Assembly (NCBI GenBank): GCA_964636425.1
Contig: CAZWRU010000005.1
Span: forward strand, 4,982 to 68,981
DNA from: an uncultured Candidatus Bathyarchaeia archaeon
GTDB taxonomy: Archaea; Thermoproteota; Bathyarchaeia; Bathyarchaeales; Bathycorpusculaceae
Direction of reading: 5' to 3'
DNA length: 64,000 nucleotides
Numbering within the stretch: the stretch's first letter is position 1; each line of letters opens with the position of its first letter. Position numbers and translations under genes: made by a program. Below the pieces are notes generated by a model. That model was not told the DNA's origin. It worked only from the letters and a program-made list of their open reading frames with translations, and made no database searches. Shown in pieces: positions 41,185-50,591 of this stretch.

Positions 41185-41314
41185 TGAGTTATGTCCTCGA
41201 AGTATCAATGAATAATCGTCACTAAAATGGTTTTGTACTTTTAGAAAAGAAACTATTAATATTGGTGGCGAGGTAGTATTCAAAGAACCTGCAGATCATA
41301 CTGGCAGAAACTGT

Positions 41315-41415
41315 AGCGGGGTGGGGTAGCCAGGATTAACCCGCTGGGCTCATAAGAGCAGTAACTTCTGCTCAGAGACACCCAGAGATCAGTAGTTCAA
41401 ATCTACTCCCCGCTA
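41315..41415 (+). tRNA. initiator tRNA-Met (CAU) with a 25-nt intron at the canonical 37/38 position
   Basis: Hand fold. Acceptor AGCGGGG/CCCCGCT gives an A1:U72 pair. Anticodon stem CTGGG/CCCAG has three G:C pairs next to the loop, an archaeal initiator feature. Anticodon CAT at 41351-41353. T-arm AGTAG-TTCAAAT-CTACT. Mature length 76 nt. Confidence 0.85.
41355..41379 (+). other. tRNA intron (bulge-helix-bulge candidate)
   Basis: AGAGCAGTAACTTCTGCTCAGAGAC contains the hairpin GAGCAG-TAACTT-CTGCTC. It interrupts the anticodon loop after position 37. Confidence 0.75.
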
Positions 41416-41566
41416 CTCATTAAATTCTTAATTTTCTGTTAAAAATGATTTTTACCTGCTTACTATTAATAGAAATTAGTAGAGGATTTAGAAAAATTAA
41501 ATTTTGCTAAATAATTAAAGTAAAAAAGTTTGGTGGTAGATTGCATTAGGCCCTTTAATCGTGGTC

Positions 41567-41764
41567 TTATGCTTTCCCTTTTTCTTCTTTACCAAAGTAG
41601 GTTGTCCACTTCAGTTTTCGTGCATCTCGTCCAAATAGTAGAGAGCTCTTTTTGCATTTATTAGAGTCGAACCAGAGAATAGTTCCATCATTCTTGACGT
41701 ACATCGTCCCAGTGCCTGCTGGAAATTCGTTACCGCAAAATGAGCATTTTCTGTTTTTTGGCAT
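41567..41764 (-). CDS. rpl24e: 50S ribosomal protein L24e
   Basis: 65-aa ORF. CSFCGNEFPAGTGTMYVKNDGTILWFDSNKC. Confidence 0.95.
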   Translation of the reverse strand: MPKNRKCSFCGNEFPAGTGTMYVKNDGTILWFDSNKCKKSSLLFGRDARKLKWTTYFGKEEKGKA

Positions 41765-41779
41765 TTAGAAATCCTCTTC

Positions 41780-42007
41780 TTATCTGTTAATTTTCTTTGC
41801 TTCTCTTTCTGTTTCTCGAAGCATCAAGATGTCTTGTGCTCTTACTGGTCCTTTAACGTTACGTGTTATGATGCGTCCTTTGTCTCTTCCTTCAAGTATG
41901 CGTACACGTGCTTGGGTAATTTCCCCTGTTACACCTGTGCGTGCAATAACTTGGATTACTTCTGCGGGCGTTAGTGCATCAGCGGATGCTCTCTCTTCTT
42001 TGCTCAT
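41780..42007 (-). CDS. rps28e: 30S ribosomal protein S28e
   Basis: 75-aa [37 protein letters not shown]. Confidence 0.95.
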   Translation of the reverse strand: MSKEERASADALTPAEVIQVIARTGVTGEITQARVRILEGRDKGRIITRNVKGPVRAQDILMLRETEREAKKINR

Positions 42008-42387
42008 TACTGAGTGCCTCTTTTCATTTGGTCAAGACGTGAGATGATTTCTTTGATTAGTCCTGTGGCTTCTCCTTCTTTAATGATGCATGCGGACGCT
42101 GCGGGAACGTCAATGCCTAATGCGGCGCCGATTTGTTCCTTACTTGGGACAAATACGTATGGAATTTTTCTTTCATCACAAAGCAATGGTAAATGTGCGA
42201 TCACTTCTGGTGGTTCAACGTCTTCAGCTATTACAACAAGTTTTGCTAATGCTCTTTCAACTGCTTTTGTTGCTTCGTTTGTTCCTTTTCTTACTAAGCC
42301 TGATTTTGAAGCGATTTTTAGGGCTTCATAGGCTGCATCTACTACTTCTTTTGGAGCTTCATATTTTACATAGAATGGTTTTGACAT
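42007..42387 (-). CDS. rpl7ae: 50S ribosomal protein L7Ae (K-turn binding)
   Basis: 126-aa [33 protein letters not shown]. Confidence 0.95.
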   Translation of the reverse strand: MSKPFYVKYEAPKEVVDAAYEALKIASKSGLVRKGTNEATKAVERALAKLVVIAEDVEPPEVIAHLPLLCDERKIPYVFVPSKEQIGAALGIDVPAASACIIKEGEATGLIKEIISRLDQMKRGTQ

Positions 42388-42494
42388 ATTAGCCTCACCC
42401 TTTTAAGGCACAGTTCTATCAACCTTTCCTGTTTATGAACTTTTCTACTGAAAATTCGCCGATGCGACTTCTATATAACGTGTATTGCAGAAAA

Positions 42495-42502
42495 CTTTAT
42501 AT
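42495..42502 (+). promoter_or_regulatory. putative TATA box for gar1-tfb
   Basis: CTTTATAT preceded by a purine-rich AGAAAA, about 41 nt upstream of the gar1 ATG. GAGAGGGGA SD-like motif at 42532-42540. Confidence 0.3.
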
Positions 42503-42542
42503 GGTGAACCACGTTGAAGATGATGTTTTTCGAGAGGGGAAC

Positions 42543-42788
42543 ATGTTGCAGAGATTGGGAAAAGTTCTCAGCGTGACGCCGTCACAGAGTATTGTTGTAA
42601 AGCTCGATAAGGTTCCGAAATTGGGCTCAGCGGTCGTTGACGAGAACCTGAAAGTTATTGGAAGAATCTTTGACATAATTGGACCCGTTTCATCTCCCTA
42701 TGCAGTCATCAAGTCTTCTGTTAAAGAACCTGAAAAGTTAGCTAACCGGCAGTTGTATGTTTCCTCCTCGAGAAAGGAACGGAGCTAA
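42543..42788 (+). CDS. gar1: H/ACA RNP component Gar1
   Basis: MLQRLGKVLSVTPSQSIVVKL...LGSAVVDENLKVIGRIFDIIGPVSSPY. The track ORF from 42435 adds a non-conserved leader. Confidence 0.8.
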   Translation: MLQRLGKVLSVTPSQSIVVKLDKVPKLGSAVVDENLKVIGRIFDIIGPVSSPYAVIKSSVKEPEKLANRQLYVSSSRKERS

Positions 42789-42794
42789 CAACGA

Positions 42795-43769
42795 ATGAGT
42801 GGAAAAAATGAGTTGCACGAAAATGTAGACTCGACTCCTCAAGCTCAACGCTCAGAACCTCATAAAGTTCAATCCTGCCCCGAGTGTAGTAGTACAAGAC
42901 TTATGCGTGACTATGAATGTGCCGAGATAGTCTGTATGGACTGCGGTTTTGTAGTTACTCAAAAAATTGCTGACAGAGGACCAGAATGGAGAGCATTCGA
43001 CGACGAACAAAGGTCAAAACGAACACGAGTTGGTGCCCCTTTAACATACACGATACATGATAAAGGCTTATCGACAACTATCGATTGGCATGATCGGGAT
43101 ATCTATGGAAAAAGTCTTTCACCCGGTCAAAAGGCTCAGGTTTATCGTTTGCGGAAATGGCAACGACGTATTAGAGTTTCAGATGCAACTGAGCGCAACT
43201 TAGCTTTTGCCCTTTCGGAAATTACAAAGATTTCAAATAACCTCAATCTCCCAAAAAATATCCTGGAAACCGCTTCAGTAATTTATCGTAAAGCCGTTAA
43301 AGAAAGGCTAATCAGAGGGCGATCGATTCAAGGAGTAACCTCAGCAGCATTATACTTAGCCTGCAGACAATGTGGTTTACCAAGAACACTAGATGAAATA
43401 TCTCAAGCATCAACTGTTCCCAAAAAAGAAGTTGGTCGAAGCTACCGTTTTCTCATAAAAGAACTTAACTACTCAATTCCACCGCTTAAACCCAGCCAAT
43501 ACATTACCAAATTTAGTAATCAATTAACTATGCAAGGCAAAGTTGAAGAAATTGCCCATAAAATTCTTGCTTCTGCAAAAGAGCTTAAGCTTACTTCTGG
43601 GCGCGGTCCAACAGGCATAGCAGCTGCCGCAAGTTACATCGCTTCCGTCTTAACTGGCGAAAGAAAAACTCAACGCGAAATAGCTGAAATAGCACAGGTA
43701 ACCGAAGTAACAATAAGAAACCGCTACAAGGAACTTGTCGAAAGACTAATGTTCCAAATCAGCATTTAA
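42795..43769 (+). CDS. tfb: transcription initiation factor IIB (TFB)
   Basis: 324-aa ORF. Zinc ribbon CPECSS...CMDCG, B-reader region, two cyclin folds, and C-terminal [12 protein letters not shown]. Confidence 0.95.
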   Translation: MSGKNELHENVDSTPQAQRSEPHKVQSCPECSSTRLMRDYECAEIVCMDCGFVVTQKIADRGPEWRAFDDEQRSKRTRVGAPLTYTIHDKGLSTTIDWHDRDIYGKSLSPGQKAQVYRLRKWQRRIRVSDATERNLAFALSEITKISNNLNLPKNILETASVIYRKAVKERLIRGRSIQGVTSAALYLACRQCGLPRTLDEISQASTVPKKEVGRSYRFLIKELNYSIPPLKPSQYITKFSNQLTMQGKVEEIAHKILASAKELKLTSGRGPTGIAAAASYIASVLTGERKTQREIAEIAQVTEVTIRNRYKELVERLMFQISI

Positions 43770-43909
43770 TCCAAAACTCCTCCTACTTATTTTTTTAGTT
43801 AATCGTACTTGCTTATTCTTGGAAAATTGCTTAGATACTAATATTATTAAACTATAATTTACTGCGTGAAAAGAGCATAAATATTATAACTAAACCGGCT
43901 AATTTTGTT

Positions 43910-44395
43910 TTGAAAATGGGATTGAGAAAAGTATTGAGCATTTGTCCTTGTTGTGGTGCCAAAGTGGGAACTCCATTTAAAATTTGGCCTGTTTATTCAG
44001 CGGAACGTAAAGACGCCTCAGATGGCCCTGATTTTTTACTTGGAACCTTCCAATGCGCAACATGCCACACCAGATATAACGAAAAAATGTCTACTGACGC
44101 TATTCCAATCCCGACAGTAAATGTTAAAAACAAAATTGAACGAATTATGCGCATATACGGTGAACTAATGCAAACAATAAAGTCTTTGAAGGAAAAAATA
44201 AGCAAGTTACAAACTGAAAAATCTAATCTGATGAGTGAAATCGAGATGCTAAGAAAAACTGCTGAAGTGCGTGTCACAACACTTGAAACAGAAGTTGGCC
44301 AAATGCGTGAAGAAGTAAAGTCTCTGCGAGAACTCTTAGGCAACAATGAACCAGCGGTAATTACAAATTCTCAGAGTCAATCTGTCTCAAGTTAA
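43910..44395 (+). CDS. zinc-ribbon plus coiled-coil protein, function unknown
   Basis: 161-aa ORF. CPCCGAK...CATCH ribbon, then a heptad-rich segment. Confidence 0.45.
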   Translation: MKMGLRKVLSICPCCGAKVGTPFKIWPVYSAERKDASDGPDFLLGTFQCATCHTRYNEKMSTDAIPIPTVNVKNKIERIMRIYGELMQTIKSLKEKISKLQTEKSNLMSEIEMLRKTAEVRVTTLETEVGQMREEVKSLRELLGNNEPAVITNSQSQSVSS

Positions 44396-44449
44396 AAAAG
44401 TATTTACAATAAGTATTCTTTTTAAGTTTGATTTTTTAACTATTGATTC

Positions 44450-45064
44450 ATGCCATACAAATTCACCTTCGATATTTCTAAGACTTCGCATAATTTATTT
44501 GCAGAGTTAGCTTTGGCTGGATATCAACGAGGAGTGCATACGGTATTTTTGCGAACTCTTCAAGATATCATAAAAAAATTCAAAATTCAAGAGCTAACTG
44601 GGTTAAACATCCAAGATGCTGTTGTAGTTATACAGGATCTAATTGACATGGAGGCTGTCAATATCTTACAACGCAAACAATTCTTATCTGCCCGTAAGCG
44701 AGCACTTTTCATCCCCCACTGTTCTAGAAAGTATATGGACAGCCGTTGTAAGGCTATTTTTGAGTCAAGTTTGCCTTCATATGTATGCGCACATTGCTCT
44801 CCCGACTGCGTAGTTAACAAAGCTGAAGGTATTGCAAAAGAGAAAGGCTATGACGTTTACATATTGCCCGGCGGTTCATGTGTGCCTAAGATTCTGCATT
44901 CAAAAAAATATGATGGTGTAGTCGGAGTTGCTTGTGGAGAAGAAGCAAAAATGTCGGTTGATTTATTGAAAAGCATGAAAGTTGCCAGTCAGGCGGTTCC
45001 TCTTCTGAAAAACGGCTGCGCTGGCACGGTTTTTAACATCGATACACTAGTAAAAACGTTATAG
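44450..45064 (+). CDS. DUF116-like Cys-rich protein
   Basis: 204-aa ORF. FIPHCSRK...C...CAHCSPDC...LPGGSCVPK...VGVACGEE...NGCAGT matches my recollection of DUF116. Confidence 0.55.
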   Translation: MPYKFTFDISKTSHNLFAELALAGYQRGVHTVFLRTLQDIIKKFKIQELTGLNIQDAVVVIQDLIDMEAVNILQRKQFLSARKRALFIPHCSRKYMDSRCKAIFESSLPSYVCAHCSPDCVVNKAEGIAKEKGYDVYILPGGSCVPKILHSKKYDGVVGVACGEEAKMSVDLLKSMKVASQAVPLLKNGCAGTVFNIDTLVKTL

Positions 45065-45089
45065 GAATGAAAAAGAGAATTATTCTATT

Positions 45090-45251
45090 TTACTTAACTA
45101 GTTCTCTCTTCTTCCATCTCAAGTTTTTGCTGTGACATTTTCTGCACTTTGTGGCTGTTGATGCATTTCTTCCTCCGCAGTCTCTGCAGATTTTCATGTA
45201 CAGCCTAGCTTTTTGTGCAATGCTTTTCTTAATTGGGTCTAGTATCGGCAT
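45090..45251 (-). CDS. rpl40e: 50S ribosomal protein L40e
   Basis: Below the ORF-track size cut-off and found by hand. MPILDPIKKSIAQKARLYMKICRDCGGRNASTATKCRKCHSKNLRWKKRELVK* has the L40e zinc ribbon (C-x2-C...C-x2-C). Confidence 0.8.
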   Translation of the reverse strand: MPILDPIKKSIAQKARLYMKICRDCGGRNASTATKCRKCHSKNLRWKKRELVK

Positions 45252-45343
45252 TTGGTAACCTTCTTTTCGGGGTATGACTTTGATAGTTATCTGTCAAATA
45301 TACCTTTTGCCTCAAATCCCCCTGAACTACCTCATTATGTTTA

Positions 45344-46216
45344 CTAAGACCGCAATTGACTGACTATTTTTGGTATATCACTAGGTTTTAAGGCAACTCT
45401 TACTCCTGCACCTTCTAAAGCTGCTATTTTGGATTTAGCCGTTCCTGTCTTACCCATTATTATAGCTCCTGCGTGACCCATGCGTTTTCCAGCAGGAGCA
45501 GTAAGTCCTGCTATGTATGCGACCACAGGTTTGGGGTAATTTTCTTGGAGTATGTACTCCGCAGTAAGTTCTTCAATATTGCCTCCTATCTCGCCAATCA
45601 TTACAACAACTTGAGTTTGTGAGTCATCTTTAAACATCTTCAAAACATCGATGAAAGTCAGACCTATTATAGGGTCTCCCCCTATACCCACACAACTAGA
45701 TTGGCCAATCTTTTCACGAGTTAAAGCTGCCGCTATTTCATAAGTAAGTGTGCCACTTCTCGAAACTAATCCAACATTCCCTTTTCTGAAAATACGCGAA
45801 GGCATTATCCCTAGAAGGCATTTTCCTGGAGAAATAATCCCTGGCGTATTTGGACCCACCACTGTAGTCTTGGCCTCTCGCGCATGAGCCAGAAGTATTA
45901 TTGTATCTTTAATCGGCAAATGCTCTGTAACAATCACAATAGTCTTGATTCTACTTTCTATAGCTTCATAAGCCGCATTTGCCGCAAATGCTGCTGGTAC
46001 AAAAATTATCGATGCTGATGCGTTATGTTTCTTTTTTGCTTCTCGAAGGGTCTCGTATACTGGTATATTGTTGATTATAGTGCCTGCTTTGGTAGGGCTG
46101 GTTCCCGCTACTATCTGTGTACCATATTCCCGCATTAACTTGCTATGAAAACTTCCTTGCGTTCCTGTTATGCCTTGAACTATTACTTTTGAACCGGCGC
46201 CAATTAGTATTCCTAT
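45344..46216 (-). CDS. sucD: succinyl-CoA synthetase alpha subunit (N-terminus extended beyond the ORF-track start)
   Basis: The track ORF starts at M 46135. The same frame is open up to the sucC stop and encodes KIGILIGAGSKVIVQGITGTQGSFHSKL-M..., the CoA-binding Rossmann motif. Phospho-His motif MGHAGAII. No canonical start in the frame (see findings). Confidence 0.9.
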   Translation of the reverse strand: MGILIGAGSKVIVQGITGTQGSFHSKLMREYGTQIVAGTSPTKAGTIINNIPVYETLREAKKKHNASASIIFVPAAFAANAAYEAIESRIKTIVIVTEHLPIKDTIILLAHAREAKTTVVGPNTPGIISPGKCLLGIMPSRIFRKGNVGLVSRSGTLTYEIAAALTREKIGQSSCVGIGGDPIIGLTFIDVLKMFKDDSQTQVVVMIGEIGGNIEELTAEYILQENYPKPVVAYIAGLTAPAGKRMGHAGAIIMGKTGTAKSKIAALEGAGVRVALKPSDIPKIVSQLRS

Positions 46217-46219
46217 TTT

Positions 46220-47362
46220 TCATTTCCCCTTTGTGGCTGTTTCTACGGCTTTCTGGGCAGCTTGTTCCATATTATCAAAAACATATATGTTCGCTTGGGA
46301 CAGGATTCTTTTTCCTTCTTCTTCATTAGTTCCCATAAGTCTAACAATAAAAGGAACTTTAGTTTGTTTATTTTTAACTTTTACAATCGCTTTTGCGACT
46401 TGGTCACAACGTGTTACTCCTCCTAAAACATTTACGAATAAACCTTTAACTGCATCATCCGATAGGACTGTTTCAATTGCATCGATTATTTTTTGTTGTG
46501 AAGCACCTCCGCCTATGTCTAGAAAATTTGCGGGTTTTCCTCCATAAAAGCTAATTAAATCCAAAGTAGCCATAACAAGACCTGCTCCATTTCCAATAAT
46601 ACCAATATTTCCGTTTAACTTGACGTATTCTATGCCTTTTTTTCTCGCCTTGGCTTCTTGAGGATTTGTGTCTCTTTGTTCCTGTAGGCTTTTTTTAAGG
46701 TATTCTGGGTGTCTAAATAGGGCATTATCATCAATTATGATGCGTGCGTCGGCAGCTACGAATTCGCCGTCGGAGTTTTCTACAAGTGGATTAATCTCAA
46801 CCATCTCTGCATCATAATCCATGCACAATTTGTATGTTTTTTTGAAAATCTCTGCTAAAACAGTCGACTGGTTTTTGGCAGATATCAGTTTTTGGGAGAT
46901 TTGCTTTGCCTGGAGAGATTGAAATCCTGTTTGTGGATTAATGCGTAGCCTCAGAATTTGCTGCGGATTCTGAGCTGCAATATCTTCAATATTCACGCCT
47001 CCCTTTGCTGAAGCCACTGCAACATAGCAACGATTGAATCTGTCAACTGTTATGGCAAAATATAATTCTCTTTTGATGAAAAGTTTCTCTTCAATTAGTA
47101 ATTTTTTTACTCGGATGCCTTTTATTGTGCTGTTTAGTAATCTTTCTGCTATTTTTTCTGTTTCATCAGGATTTTTCCCAAATTGTATGCCGCCTGCTTT
47201 TCCTCTACCAGCAACTAGAATTTGAGCTTTAACTGCTAACTCACAATCTAGTTTAGTTGCTATTTTTCTTGCCTCTTGGCTGGTTGTTGCCGTTTCTCCT
47301 TTAGGTATTGGTATGCCATATTTCTCGAAGATGGTTTTTGCTTCATTTTCATAAAGTTTCAA
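46220..47362 (-). CDS. sucC: succinyl-CoA synthetase beta subunit
   Basis: 380-aa ORF. MKLYENEAKTIFEKYGIPIP ATP-grasp start and GGGASQQ region. Confidence 0.9.
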   Translation of the reverse strand: MKLYENEAKTIFEKYGIPIPKGETATTSQEARKIATKLDCELAVKAQILVAGRGKAGGIQFGKNPDETEKIAERLLNSTIKGIRVKKLLIEEKLFIKRELYFAITVDRFNRCYVAVASAKGGVNIEDIAAQNPQQILRLRINPQTGFQSLQAKQISQKLISAKNQSTVLAEIFKKTYKLCMDYDAEMVEINPLVENSDGEFVAADARIIIDDNALFRHPEYLKKSLQEQRDTNPQEAKARKKGIEYVKLNGNIGIIGNGAGLVMATLDLISFYGGKPANFLDIGGGASQQKIIDAIETVLSDDAVKGLFVNVLGGVTRCDQVAKAIVKVKNKQTKVPFIVRLMGTNEEEGKRILSQANIYVFDNMEQAAQKAVETATKGK

Positions 47363-47425
47363 AAAGAGTTTTCCCCATGTCCTAATATTAAGTAGGGGAA
47401 TTATTTTTTTAATTTTTCCTAAACC

Positions 47426-47884
47426 TTATTTGATTATTTCTATAGTTACATAGGATCTAGTGTCTTGAATGCCGTCTACAGTATAGAGTTTTTTTAGTGT
47501 TTCATCCATATTTTCCCTTTCAACCATTATCAATGCGTCTATGTCTCCTGCTATTCGGAATGCTCTAGCTATTGATAATTCTCGGATTTTCTCATAGACC
47601 TGTATGCGTTTAGTTGGTGATACTTTTATCAAAATAAATGCTGGTGTTGTAGATACGCCTAAAGATTTAAGCCCCTTTTCAGTGACGTCTATGAAACCTC
47701 TGCCTGTTCTGATGTACCCTTCGCTTTTGAGTTTACGCAGATGTACATTTAAGGCTTGTCTGCTGATTCCCAACTGCTTGGAAAGTTCATCTTGTTTAAC
47801 ACGCAATGTATAGGTGTTAGTAGAATTTCCCTTGTCGTAAAGGGTTTTGAGCAGTTGGATAGATCGTTTTGTCAATGGTTCCAC
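47426..47884 (-). CDS. Lrp/AsnC-like transcriptional regulator (wHTH plus RAM-like domain)
   Basis: 152-aa ORF. HTH QDELSKQLGISRQALNVHLRKLKSEGYI and a C-terminal beta-alpha-beta-beta-alpha-beta-like domain. Confidence 0.7.
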   Translation of the reverse strand: MEPLTKRSIQLLKTLYDKGNSTNTYTLRVKQDELSKQLGISRQALNVHLRKLKSEGYIRTGRGFIDVTEKGLKSLGVSTTPAFILIKVSPTKRIQVYEKIRELSIARAFRIAGDIDALIMVERENMDETLKKLYTVDGIQDTRSYVTIEIIK

Positions 47885-48221
47885 AGCTTATCAACCTTTA
47901 ACATGACATTGTGTTAAATTAAACCTTTACAATAGTGAAGTTGCTTAAGAATCTGGCGTTCAACACTAAAAGTTTTTAGTTTCTTTTTTATTTTAAGGAT
48001 TTTTGTAGCTATATTGCCGAATCAATTGGAATTGACCATCTGATGCCGAATTACTAAATCAATACAAGTTGAATAAAATTAAAATTAACTTCTTTATTCA
48101 GGCAAAAATATGGAAAATCCTTTATCCGATTTTTCAAATAGTTTACCACAACCTATTTATTAGCCGAGAAAAAGAGCTTAAGAAGCCCAATAAAATAAGA
48201 ACTAGGAGTGACACGTTAGCC

Positions 48222-48509
48222 ATGTCGGAGACTACTGAGGCCAATGCGGTGCTGATCGGGAAAAAACCAGTTATGAACTATGTCCTTGCTTGCATAACGC
48301 TGTTCCATGGTGGAGCAAAATACGTCAATGTTAAAGCTCGTGGGAAATCTATTAGCCGGGCGATAGATGTCGCTGAAGTCGTAAGACGCAGATTCCTGCC
48401 TGACGTAAAAGTGAAAAAAGTCAGCATAGGCACAGACAAGCTTTCTCCTCAGGATGAAAGTGATGACCCAACTAACGTAAGCACAATTGAAATAACATTG
48501 GAACGATAG
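48222..48509 (+). CDS. albA: DNA/RNA-binding protein Alba
   Basis: ATG at 48222 after [56 protein letters not shown]. The track ORF from 48069 is an AT-rich artefactual extension. Confidence 0.9.
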   Translation: MSETTEANAVLIGKKPVMNYVLACITLFHGGAKYVNVKARGKSISRAIDVAEVVRRRFLPDVKVKKVSIGTDKLSPQDESDDPTNVSTIEITLER

Positions 48510-48587
48510 GTTCTCACTATTTCAAGTTGAGCCGTTATTCACTCCCGAATATTGAACTATCCGACCTTACGGAAGGAAGTCTTCTCC

Positions 48588-49097
48588 ATGAAGACCGAAC
48601 TATGTAGTTTCTGTTTAAAAAGTGGCATGCTATGCCAAAAGTGTTCAGCTAAAGTTAAGACTGGCGAGATAACTGACTTAGACCTCAAAATTGCTCGCCA
48701 ACTTCTTTTGTTGGAAGAAAAGTACCCCTCCCTTCAAAACGTCACTTTCTATAAAGCTATTGACGCTAACAAAACCTTGGCGTTAATCGTTGGACATGGT
48801 GATGTCCCAAGGCTTTTAGGTTATGGTGGAAAAATAATCAAAGCCTTAAGCGAAGAAACAAACAGGTCTGTTCGTATCCTCGAGAACGGTGTTGATGACC
48901 GCAAATTCCTCGAAGATTTATTCACCCCTCTAAGCATACTTACAATAAACACCATCTGGCTCCCGGATGGCACAACCGAGACTCGTGTGATTCTTAGAAG
49001 GAAACGTGGCGCACAGCTTCCATTCGATTTATCAGCTGTTAAAGAGATAGCTCGTAGCATAAGAAAAATGAGTCTGCGTGTAGAATTCGCTGATTAA
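48588..49097 (+). CDS. zinc-ribbon plus KH-like (NusA-like) RNA-binding protein
   Basis: CSFCLKSGMLCQKC ribbon and a GYGGKIIKALSEE GxxG-like KH loop. ATG 48588 follows GGAAGGAAG. Confidence 0.5.
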   Translation: MKTELCSFCLKSGMLCQKCSAKVKTGEITDLDLKIARQLLLLEEKYPSLQNVTFYKAIDANKTLALIVGHGDVPRLLGYGGKIIKALSEETNRSVRILENGVDDRKFLEDLFTPLSILTINTIWLPDGTTETRVILRRKRGAQLPFDLSAVKEIARSIRKMSLRVEFAD

Positions 49098-49117
49098 TAA
49101 ATCGGAGACATTTGCTT

Positions 49118-50437
49118 ATGATACTTGATTCCTTAGGTGACTGGGTTAGGACATGTTATACCGGTAAAGTAAGTCCTGACATGGATGGACAAGAAATTAC
49201 TCTTTTTGGCTGGGTTCAAGAAGTACGCGACCTAGGCGGAATCCGATTTATAATTCTTCAAGATCGCGAAGGCACAATACAAGTTACTATATTGAAGAAA
49301 AAAGTAGCTCCTGAGGTTCTTTTAAAATCTAATGATATGCAAAAGCGTTACAGTATAGGTGTTAAAGGTACTGTTAAAAAAACAACTATGACTCCCCGAG
49401 GCATTGAAGTACTGCCGAAAGAAATTAAGATATTCAACACTGCTGCTGAACAGTTGCCAATAGACATAACAGGAAAAACGCCCGCAAATATCGAAGTCCG
49501 CTTGGATGCTCGTGCACTAGATCTTGCAATGGAAAAAAATGCAGCTGCCTTTCGCGTTCAACATCATGCTCTATCTGCAATACGCAATTATCTATTCGAA
49601 AAGGGTTTCCTAGAAGTCCATACGCCAAGAATAATTGCCTCAGCTACTGAGGGCGGAGCTGAACTTTTCTCTATAGATTATTTTGGTGATAAAGCCTATT
49701 TAGCTCAGAGCCCACAGCTTTACAAAGAACAATTAACTATGTGTCAGGAAAAAGTCTTTGAGGTTGGGCCTTTTTTCAGAGCTGAGCTTTCTCATACTAG
49801 GCGGCACTTAAGTGAATTTGTTTCTGTAGACATTGAACAGGCATTCGCAAATGCTGAAGATGTCATGAGTTTACTTGAACAGGTAATCTATCACACGTGT
49901 AAAACCGTAAAAGAAGAATGTGCCAAAGAGTTAAGCATATTAAAATATAAAGCAACCATTCCCGAGCTTCCCTTTAAACGATTCACTTATGATGAAGTGC
50001 TCAACGACCTTAAGAGTGCAGGTATAACTATTCCTTGGGGAGACGACATACCCACTCCAGCTTTTAGAACATTAGGTAAAGAACGTGGTTACTATTACTT
50101 CATAACAGATTGGCCCACATCTGCCAAAGCTTTTTACATTAAACCCCGTGATGGAAAACCTGAACTCTGTGAAGGCTTTGATCTAATGTGGCGATGGATT
50201 GAACTTGTTTCAGGCGGAACAAGAATAGCTGATAAGAATCTACTTATCCAGAGAATGAAAGAGAAAGAGTTGAATCCGGATTCTTTCAAATACCACCTGC
50301 AAGCTTTTGATTATGGTATGCCTCCTCACGCGGGATGGGCAATTGGCCTAGAAAGGCTGACAATGGTTCTAACTGGGAAAAAGAACATACGTGAAGTATC
50401 ACTTTTCCCACGTGACCGCGTGAGATTAACTCCCTAA
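49118..50437 (+). CDS. aspS: aspartate--tRNA ligase (archaeal/eukaryotic type)
   Basis: OB-fold start ITLFGWVQEVRDLGGIRFIILQD. Class II motif 2 FFRAE...RRHLSEF and motif 3 GLERL. Confidence 0.9.
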   Translation: MILDSLGDWVRTCYTGKVSPDMDGQEITLFGWVQEVRDLGGIRFIILQDREGTIQVTILKKKVAPEVLLKSNDMQKRYSIGVKGTVKKTTMTPRGIEVLPKEIKIFNTAAEQLPIDITGKTPANIEVRLDARALDLAMEKNAAAFRVQHHALSAIRNYLFEKGFLEVHTPRIIASATEGGAELFSIDYFGDKAYLAQSPQLYKEQLTMCQEKVFEVGPFFRAELSHTRRHLSEFVSVDIEQAFANAEDVMSLLEQVIYHTCKTVKEECAKELSILKYKATIPELPFKRFTYDEVLNDLKSAGITIPWGDDIPTPAFRTLGKERGYYYFITDWPTSAKAFYIKPRDGKPELCEGFDLMWRWIELVSGGTRIADKNLLIQRMKEKELNPDSFKYHLQAFDYGMPPHAGWAIGLERLTMVLTGKKNIREVSLFPRDRVRLTP

Positions 50438-50591
50438 GTCTCTTTCTATACGTTGATTGCTGCTTTTCTACTGCCTCTTCAAAATCTCTTATACCCCTTT
50501 TTTGGTTCTACTATACCGCTTATTCCTTATTTTTATTCATGGCTTTTTAACTGAAAATGTCCTAAAAGCTCATAAAGCACCCTTTGTAGTA

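Noticed and set aside
42014-42392. Two plus-strand ORFs (105 and 100 aa) across the rpl7ae gene
   Set aside because: They are antisense shadows of a highly conserved ribosomal protein gene, and one product is a Leu-rich low-complexity sequence.
46220-46222. Genome-wide TGA reassignment or selenocysteine as the explanation for the in-frame sucC-TGA-sucD arrangement
   Set aside because: TGA ends several well-conserved genes at their expected C-termini in this window: the HD-domain gene at 7451-7453, gcvH at 14783-14785, the NOX-like gene at 16136-16138, and the Ftr-like gene at 55569-55571. Code-wide reassignment is therefore unlikely. Local readthrough is kept only as one option in the sucD finding.
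48069-48221. N-terminal extensions in track ORFs: Alba from 48069, purF from 50457, Gar1 from 42435, pgk from 17320, the PflX-like rSAM to 31758, and PAC2 to 41283
   Set aside because: The extensions are AT-rich, hydrophobic or non-conserved, and in some cases overlap the upstream gene. In each case an internal start preceded by an SD-like GGAG/GGTGAT motif gives the family-typical N-terminus.
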